This document shows, piece after piece, positions 55,557 to 64,000 of a DNA stretch of 64,000 bases (position 1 is its first letter; each line of letters starts with the position of its first letter). The stretch comes from Squalus acanthias (taxonomy: Eukaryota). The notes under the pieces were generated by a model, which saw only the letters and a list, made by a program, of their open reading frames with translations, did no database searches and had not been told where the DNA came from. The translations under genes were made by a program, and so were the position numbers. The stretch covers positions 113,462,001-113,526,000 of the forward strand of contig CM059432.1 in assembly GCA_030390025.1 (NCBI GenBank), read 5' to 3'.

Positions 55557-58500
55557 ATCTCTAAGCAAGCAAAGTTATGAAGGCCAGAAACCAAAGTACC
55601 AGCGAAGTTAGGATGAGTAGCCAAAACTACCTGACACAGCGTTGACTCAATGCAGAAGTCTCTCTTTCTCTCTCTCCGAATCTCTCTCTCTCTCTCAGAA
55701 CGAGTGGTGCAAAAATGTCCACCACAGAGAAAGACAGGAAGAGGCCCCCTTTAAATAGCGCCCCCCCCAACCCCACAGCGAATGATAGCGTTCCACTCTA
55801 ACGGTCGTTTGATGCGGCAGGCGGTAAGGATGGGGGCGCCACTGAAATTCTGCTCCGGGGTGCCACAAGGGCGTTGCACTCTCGTATGACGTCACAATCT
55901 GCGCGCGCAAGAGATCGCGGCGATAAAGTTTAGCGCCGCCGCTAAATGTCTAGTTAAGTTCCCGAGCGGCGCAAACATCGCTGCGCCCGGGCGCTAGCTG
56001 CTTTGCGCCCCATTAGCGCCCTCTTAAGGCGCTAACGGGAGGCGCAACCAACTGAATTTTTCCCCCTTGATCTTTATGTGATGGCACTGGAGGAGAGAAG
56101 AAAGGGATAATATTAAGTGATGACACTTTGAGAATGCTGATCTGCATATGAAACACTTCATCAGAGTTGTCAATGTTCTCAGGTCCACTGAAGGTGAAGT
56201 TGTACTGTGGGCAATGTGGGTATGAAACATTAATGGTATCACCCTGCTCTACTCAACCGCCAGCCTCACCATCAAGAACCCTGAGGGAGCTTGTTATCCT
56301 GCTGATCTCTAGTGCCTCCTCCTCCACCGAGGAAACTTCCACAATGTCTTGCGGTCCTCACCCTCTCGTTGGCATTTTGCGTTCTCTTCTCCCAGGGTTG
56401 CACGGCATACCTATGAGTGGCTCTGAGGAAAGTGTACATCTGATGGTTGCAGTGCAAACGGTGAAGGAGAGAATCAGGCACATGTATAAGGAGTGTGAGT
56501 GGCGGGCCTTTGAGGATTGTGGTAACAATGCCATTTCAGGATGTGTGATGAGAGTGGTTGGAGGTGACTGAGGTAGTATGAGATGAGATGAGGAGTGGTG
56601 GAGGGTGGAAGTGGAAGGTGAGCATGTGAATGGAGTGAGGGTGAGAGGAGGTGGATTGATTTGGTACAATTGGTCATGATAGTCATGTGGGGGGTGAGGA
56701 GTGGTGTGAATGGAGTAGGACTGACAAGATAAAGTGAGAGGGGGTGCAGTGCAGGATCTGGGAGAACATAGCCTTATGCTCACCTTTCCTGTTCTGGTCA
56801 GGTCATTGAACCGCTTGCGGCATCGAATCCATGATCTCTGGGTCACACACTTGCTGCTGACCTCCTCTGGCACATCCAGCCAGGCCTTCTTGGTGATGGC
56901 AGCTGGCTTCCTCTCCCCACTCGCTGGGAACAGCACCTCCCTACTGCTCCTTACTGCCCCCAGTAGCACATCCAGAGATGCGTCTGAAAATCTTGGCTCT
57001 TCTCCCACTCATCCTTCAACTTCCTGGTTCTTCTATCACGATACAATCCTACAAACCTCCTCCTCTGTTTCATCTCTGAACTGGGCCTTTAAATAGTCAT
57101 GGGAATATCGCATCATGCGGGTCTGCATCATGCCTCCTCATGCACATTGAAGACGCAAAACCTGGAAGTAAAATGATAATGAGCCATCCCCGGACATCCC
57201 TGCCCGACCCACGATGTTGCACGTCCGTCACCTGCTATCGCCACCCACCCCCCCACCCCCAACCCCCCCACCCTGGTTCCTGTCTCTGCGTTAATATTGG
57301 GGCCAGTATATCAGTGAGAAATTAGACTTTAAAAAATGTACGGGTAATACAGCAGGGGTGTATGCCTGACCTCATGTTGCTGGCCGGAAACCTGGCTCAA
57401 TGCACTTCACATTGGGAAACCATGTGCCTTCTGTCCATTGACATCATTGAAGGCCACTGAAACCATCTGCGATTTTCCAATATGTGTTGGTGGTGGAGGA
57501 GATATCCTGCCACCAGTGTGTACCTGAAAAATTATCTCCCACATAGCAAAGGTTTGCACCTACAATTCTGCAGATGATGGGTTCCTGAACTCAGCTGTGC
57601 TATGATGGGAGGCATTGAGGTAATGCCTAAGAGAAAGATACCCTGGGCTACTCTCATACATCTACTAGTACTAGGGGCTGGCTAAAAACCAGTATAGGGA
57701 GAGACGTTCAAGCAGATCAGGAATGGTGCATCATGCGGCAAGATCAAATATAGGAAGGAGAGAAAATGAAATATCCAACCCACTGTGAAACACAATTCCA
57801 TCACAAGTTGTCAGGATGAATTATGGCTTTGTGCAGGTTTGTGTTGTCTGTACATGCAAAATCCAAATTCAGGCTCTAATATTTTTATGGCAGTTTCCCC
57901 CAACAGTTTCTCCCGCTGTGAAAGAAAAAGCTTCATCAGAACACATTTTTTAAAAGAAAGGAGTCCTGCTGCAAAAAATTATGTTTTTTCTGCTTACCTC
58001 CAATTTATGCAAAGCAACTCCAAATGGCAGTAAACATTGAACTGAGAATACCTGAACTTTTGATATTTGCAGTCTTTAATCTCTTCAGTTTGAAGCTCGC
58101 TCTCTCCCACACTCACTGACTCATACTCTTTCTTTCACATACTCATTTGATTTCTGCTTCACAGACACACTCTGTTCTCTGTCCATCACACATATTTATT
58201 CATAGTAGTAACGTACACCAAGACTACAATCTTTCAATTGTACCTGTGTCAACACAGAAACACCACTGTTCTGGGATCTTACAGCAACCTGACTCCATTT
58301 CAAGAAAAGTAACTGGAATGAGACCAAAGTTCTGAACACAAACCAATCCCGAGGGAGTTTGCATCTTATCAAATGCTTCTATTCTAGCCCCAGTATTAAT
58401 TTAACTTTTATTATTTGCTTTTTTAACAATACCTACTACAAGCACAGAACTCTTTTTAATACTTGTCATGTCACGTAAGCTCCCATTCATCTCTCGCCAG

Positions 58501-58743
58501 GGGTGATTGACTCCCATCTGCAAAATCCCCTGAAATCCAAAGGCTGGGCTTTGCTGAGGTACTATTCAGTTCACCAGTGAGGCACAGAGCTGGCATGAAT
58601 ATTTGATATAATATCAGTAACATAAGCACAGAAAATTTGAATTACATTTTCAGATTCATCATCCAGCAATACTGCTTCAGTTACACACAGCAGGATGGGA
58701 AATGGCAGATTATGTAGGAAAGACACATCTCTTCAGTTACATT

Positions 58744-59353
58744 GGCCCAGAATTTGTGGTCAGCGAAAACTTTAGCTTTCTCGACCTTAATTTGATTGTA
58801 ATGCTGTCTATAGGGGATTTCCAGCATACAGCAGCAGTGATGTCATCAAGCGGTCTAAGCAGCCAATCACATTGAAGATATCTCACAGACTGTAAACCAA
58901 GAAATAAAAAGCAGCTTTCAAATATTCACTTTTTAAAAAAATTTACAGAGCAAAATAAAGATTGGGACATGCACTTGGGGTTAAGGTAGAAGCTGAAATA
59001 TCATAAACAAACTTAAATTTTTTTTAAATTATTTTAAAAATCTAGTCATTTTTATCATAATGCAGAAATTTGACATTCCACAAATATAAAAATAGTTTTT
59101 CAAGGCCAGAATGGTTGTTCAGCATTAGCTATTACTCAGAACGCCGTTAAAACCCAGTTACACCTCATTGAACAAGGCTTAACTTTTTATGGGGTTTTTA
59201 ACAGTGATATTAGAGCAGAAAAGGGGAAGTTTTCGTCAGTTCAAGTGATTTCAGTGATTGCCGGCTAGGGGGAGTTCCACAGCGCAGCTTATGGGAATGA
59301 CTGACCACAACTTAAGTTACGGTCAGTTTCAAAACCACCACAAAATCCGAGCC
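58744..59353. mobile_element. Harbinger-type MITE
   Basis: TIRs GGCCCAGAATTTGTGGT / ACCACAAAATCCGAGCC; TSD imperfect. Confidence 0.6.
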
Positions 59354-59939
59354 TTTATATCTTGTGCAGACATAACGCTGGTGTGCTGCCTAATGACCAA
59401 ACAACTGTGAAAATATGATTCATCGCTGCCAGACAACATGGGTGTTATAAAGCTCTTCCACCACCTTTGTGATAGTACAGCAACTCATTTAATAACGGAA
59501 TTATATAAAGCTGAAAGGAACAGCTGATCCAAGTAGGACTAGACTGTAATGTGCTACAGTTACATGTAGTTGCAAATGGGATCTTTATTTTAAATCTATG
59601 AACTTATGAACAACTTTTATACGAATCTATGATAAGGCTATAGAATTAAGGATATAACAGGGATTTTTTATATAATGGCTGGTCCTCCTATGGTAAAATG
59701 TAACAGAACATCCTTTCCTCCCTTTATACTCTAATATTCCTCACTTACACACCACTGGAATATTATATTGGATATAGCTGGGCTTGTGTTCTATGCAAGA
59801 TAGCATATTATTAGCATGGGACATTTCTGTGAGTTTAAAAGTACTTTATTGGCTGTGAAATGCTTTGGGACGCCCTGAGCATGTGGAAGGAGCGATATAT
59901 ATGTTATACAATCACAGAAATGACAGCACAAGTGACCAT

Positions 59940-60350
59940 TCAGCCTTGGCTCACTGGCAGCACTCTTACCTGCGTCAGAGGATTGTGGGTTCAAGGCCCA
60001 GCCCACAGACTTGAGCACATAATCTAGGCTCACACTTCAGTGCAGTACAGAGGGTATGCTGCACTGCCAGGTGAGACAGCGCGTCTTTCAGATGAGACGT
60101 TAAACCAAGTCAGTGCTCTCAGGTAAATATAAATGATCCCATTGCACTATTTTGAAGAAGAGCTGGAGAGTTTTCCTGGTGTCGTGGCCAACATTTATCC
60201 CTCAACCAACATCACTAAAACAGATTGTCTGGCCATTTATCTTATTCTTGTTTGTGGGTCATTACTATGACTTTAAAAGTACTTTATTGGCTGTAAAGCA
60301 CTTTGGAACGCCCTGAGCACATGAAAGGCGCTATATAAATGCAATTTAGT
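59940..60350 (+). mobile_element. DeuSINE (second copy)
   Basis: Homologous to 36008-36427. An extra tail copy lies at ~59836-59905. Confidence 0.8.
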
Positions 60351-60833
60351 TTAGTCTTTCTATCAAGGTTGTGCTGCTGCTAGGTATTCAATTGTAGCTA
60401 TCTACTCCAGTCCCTTTTCCTGCCCTTTATCCTTTATAGCTAGGTGAGGTGCTGCAGAGTTACTGGTGCCCAGCACAAATGAGCAACTTCAGAATAGGAC
60501 AGGAGATAATGGGGAGGGTGGGGGAAAAATCACATCCATTATATGTTTTGTACCAACGCCTCTGAGTTTGTAGGTCAGTTGGAGAATGTGTGTGATACCA
60601 TTTCTATCTGCATTGCTTTGATGCTGCGCATAGTCATGTTATCATCAAACTAATGATCTGCCATAGTTCTTCGCCATCCCTATCAGGTGCAGAGTGAAGC
60701 TAGCAGCCTCCTTCCGCCCTTCATTTCCTTGGCTTTGCCCATCCCCATGAATAAGTTTTATTTAATGTCACTGCTAGACTGATGACATTTCTCTCCAGTA
60801 AGTCTCTCTCAACCTTATCATTGGACCTTTATT

Positions 60834-61559
60834 CAGCCAGAATTTGCTGTCACAAGGCATCTAACGGTGTCTGCTGTTAAGTAGACTTGCCCCTACACCC
60901 TTCAGCTCAAAAACAATTGTCCACACATTGGCTAAAAGTGCAAACTTGTAACGGCGCAGTGAAGGAAACAGGGCATTAGTGAACAGGGCAAGCAACTGTG
61001 TACCTTCTTAACCAATGAGATTTAAGGATTGGGAAATATACACAGGAAGAACTGAAATGGAGGGTGAATTCAAAGTCAAATCAGGTTCAGAAAGAGAAAT
61101 ACAGAGAGGGAAAGAAAGATTGGATTAAGAGAGAGAGAAAAAAAGAGACAGAAAGGAAAAGTAAGAAAAAAAATACATTTAGAATGTGACATTTTTACTA
61201 TCTCCCCAAAAAATTCAAAACCTGAAGGAACGGGACTCCACACTTGTAATAGTTAATTTTCGGTGCCAGGGAGGCTTATTGGCAGTTATCATGTTGTTAA
61301 AAGGGTACTTATGATTGTAATGGCATGACTTAATTTTCTGTGGTGAGTTTAATGGGCAATTAATGCGCAAATACAGCAAGTTCCTGAAAAAAGGGGTGGC
61401 CAAGGGTGAGATGACGTTTTCGCAAAGCTAACAGCGGAACGGTGCAACTCAGACAGCAGTTTCTGGATATTCCCATTTAACCACACATTGCTGCTAGCCT
61501 GAAGTGGCTGTAACATTTAGCATTAGCCTTACAGTTATTTTGACAGCAAATTTTGGCCC
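60834..61559. mobile_element. Harbinger-type MITE
   Basis: TIRs GCCAGAATTTGCTGTCA / TGACAGCAAATTTTGGC. Confidence 0.7.
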
Positions 61560-61990
61560 AATATTTCTCCACATTAGTTCTTCATTATTTGCTTCAAAAA
61601 ATAAGTAAAATTATCACAGTTAGGAACTGTAGCATAAACAAACAGGAAATGCAATGGGTTCCACTGAATACATTATTTAGCCAACAACCAGTTCTGATGT
61701 CACAACAAATTTACTTTCACACATTCGTATATGTTTTTATTTCTTTGATTTCTCTCATTACAAAGAGCCAGCACAGGCACGATGGGCTGAATGGCCTCCT
61801 ACTGTACATTTCTATGATTATGCCTCCTATTGTCTCATGCTGATATCACTTCTGCCATTTAACCTCCTCCTGTTCTGCACTTAAGCACTTTACAGGTCAT
61901 TCTATTTCTTTTTGTGTGTATGGTAGTGTTTCTTCCTCCCACTTCCCCCAGTTATGTTCCTTTTTAAATGCAATATCTGCAACATCTTCC

Positions 61991-62026
61991 AGTTCTGATG
62001 AAAGCTCCATACTCGAAACGTCAACT
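61991..62026 (+). ncRNA. Minimal type I hammerhead ribozyme in a Penelope pLTR relic (~61840-62125)
   Basis: AGTT-CTGATGA-(weak stem II)-GAAA-CGTC-AACT. Stem I is AGTT/AACT, stem III is the palindrome ACGT, and the cleavage triplet is GUC. Confidence 0.75.
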
Positions 62027-62964
62027 TGTCTGTTCTCTCCACAGATGCTGCCCGACTTGCTGAGTGTTTTCAGCACTTTCTGTTTTTGTTACAGTTGTCC
62101 AGCAGTTGCAGTATTTTGCTTTTTGTTCAAATTTACCTGTCTGTTATTCAGTCTGATGACTGAACAGATACTGCAGTGAATGAAGCATCATGATAGCATA
62201 CTAAATAGCAGGAACGTAATTGAGTTGAAGTTCATAAACAGGCACGATTTGCGAATGATTACGATGCTATCTGAATCCTTAATTAAATACTTGCTTTTTA
62301 ATACATTCCATAGTACATGTGATGGCACTTGGAGGTATTAGAAAGTGATTTCTCAAGATTTCCTGTGAGCATTGGTGCATTAGCTGTGACAATTCATTAT
62401 TTTGTACCTTCTGGGATAATATTGCTCACTAGTAATGGCATTACAATTGCCTCTCACAATTTCCAGTCAATGTAATTTCAACCTGACTTTTAACTGTCCT
62501 TTGACTATATCCTGCAAAATGTTTAACTTCTCATTGTCATTCAAAGACAATGCAGGATATCTCAGAATGACTGAAGATACCATCATAGAAAATAACTCCA
62601 CAGCACACTATGAATGATACCATATAAATGAGCCACATCCCTTACTTGCAGCTATGGGCTAAGCCAGAGACACGTAGCCTTTTTAATGGCCACTCTGCAA
62701 TTACCTTTGTACATGACTTCATTGAGCTGATGCCAATTTAGCAACAGAAGCAAAAAGGAGGCAGTATCTGTTGTGAAGTGAAAAACTGCTGCTACTCAGC
62801 TGTCAGAGCCTATACTTTACATGAAAGGAATACTGGCAAGTTTGCAAGAAATCACAGTAAAAGAAGAGTTACTTCATAACAATAGCAGGTTGATCAAATA
62901 TTATACTGGCAAATTGAGATTAGTAGGCTGATTGAAAAACTCACCGTGCATTCTCGTGCACCAT

Positions 62965-63098
62965 ACAATTTGCAGGGCTACGGGGAAAGGGCGGGGGAGT
63001 GGGACTAGCTGAAGTGCTCTTGCAGAGAGCTGGCACGGGCTCGACGGGCTGAATGGCCTCCTTCTGTGCTGTAACCATTCTATGATTCTATGATTCTA
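62965..63098 (+). repeat. CR1/HER1-type 3' tail (others at ~61765-61820 and ~63440-63565)
   Basis: GGGCTGAATGGCCTCCTTCTGTGCTGTAACC(ATTCTATG)n. Confidence 0.8.
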
Positions 63099-64000
63099 CA
63101 ATCTGACAAGCCTTAATCCTCACGCGCTGGAAAGACGTACTTCTATTGTTAATTTGCATTGTCTGATTCTAGAGACCAGAATGCTGAAGGACGGAAATAA
63201 TTTAAGGATACTTTAGGTAAAAGAAAAGAAGAGCCTGATAATCAATCTCAGCATTCTTAGCTTTATTTCCTTTTTCAGATGCTCCCTCTATGACTATCCC
63301 AAATGAGCTGGTGAGGAGGGTGTAGGACATCTGTTCATGAGAACACAGATATGATGTTCCTGATTTGAAAGGAGAAGCTTAAATAACTTGGGGAAAGCTA
63401 TCATAATGCAGGAACACAGCTTAGTCACACCAATACAGCACAAAGAGATATGGAGCACAGGCGAGTAAATGGAATTGAGGTACAGATCAGCCATGATCTA
63501 ATTGATTGGCGGAACAAGATTGAGGAGCTGAATGGCCTACTCTTGTTCCTATGTTCCTATGTTCTAGCCCAGAAATTACAGTTGTACATATTAGTAGAGA
63601 AACACAATGCATTGTTATAGCATTCTTACATCTACTATTCTAACTCAGGCATTAATCTGCTTATTTTAAATGGAATAATATCTGTGCTGCAGTAGCAGAA
63701 TATCATACAAACATATTTAAATATAATTTCAAGGCGATTATTGGTAATCTTAGTCTTTGCCTGTAATTTTACATTTTGATAGCTTAGTGTTCACTGATCT
63801 TGTATGTCACAATTCACATTACGGGGTGATTCCTGATCGACTGCTCCCAGTGAAGTGTGGTTCATCTTGGAGACATTCCAGGCACACAGCTCATCCGTCC
63901 TGAGGGAAAAACAGCTGCTGCCTGCCAGCGATTTCCAAAGATGTGCTCCCTGTGAGTGCTGCTCTCCAGTGGGAGTGTTGGATTGTGGAATAGAATCATA

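Larger units (their letters stand above)
51883..56065. mobile_element. PIF/Harbinger transposon, copy B (full length, same family as A)
   Basis: TIRs GGGGCTAAAAATTCAGT / ACTGAATTTTTCCCC and TSD CTT. Colinear with 23411-27560. Confidence 0.95.
51000..57008 (-). pseudogene. Harbinger copy C Myb/SANT gene, interrupted by copy B
   Basis: Exon 1 EPRFSDASLDVLL..AW..RCRKRFNDL (57008-~56784). Exon 3 is restored across B (HKDQEPMIEKDEDSS) when one CTT is kept. Confidence 0.8.

Overview
Eukaryotic, repeat-saturated vertebrate DNA with no host gene that I can support. The SINE/LINE mix (HE1-type V-SINE, DeuSINE/SacSINE1-like, CR1/HER1-type tails, L2, Penelope) points to a cartilaginous fish (inference). 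The centrepiece is a 12.6-kb near-complete endogenous retrovirus (9756-22405). It has ~1.6-kb LTRs (~2% diverged), a tRNA-Arg PBS overlapping the gag start codon, and an open gag with an overlapping PSAP/PPxY late domain. Gag reads into pro-pol through a UGA-CUAG junction. Pol carries a degenerate gypsy-type RNase H tether, a second RNase H and an integrase with a long repeated tail. The env ORF is open and looks like a paramyxo/pneumovirus-F-type fusion protein with an N-terminal immunoglobulin-like domain. The architecture fits a lokiretrovirus-like lineage. The provirus is flanked by a 282-bp direct duplication of host DNA instead of a normal 4-6-bp TSD. The rest of the window is a nest of PIF/Harbinger elements and MITEs, including two related full-length copies with complementary defects: one has an intact Myb/SANT gene, the other an intact transposase. 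There is also a full-length decayed RTE LINE, Penelope pieces with a minimal hammerhead ribozyme, and CR1, L2, Gypsy and SINE fragments. All calls are by eye; no database search or folding software was run.
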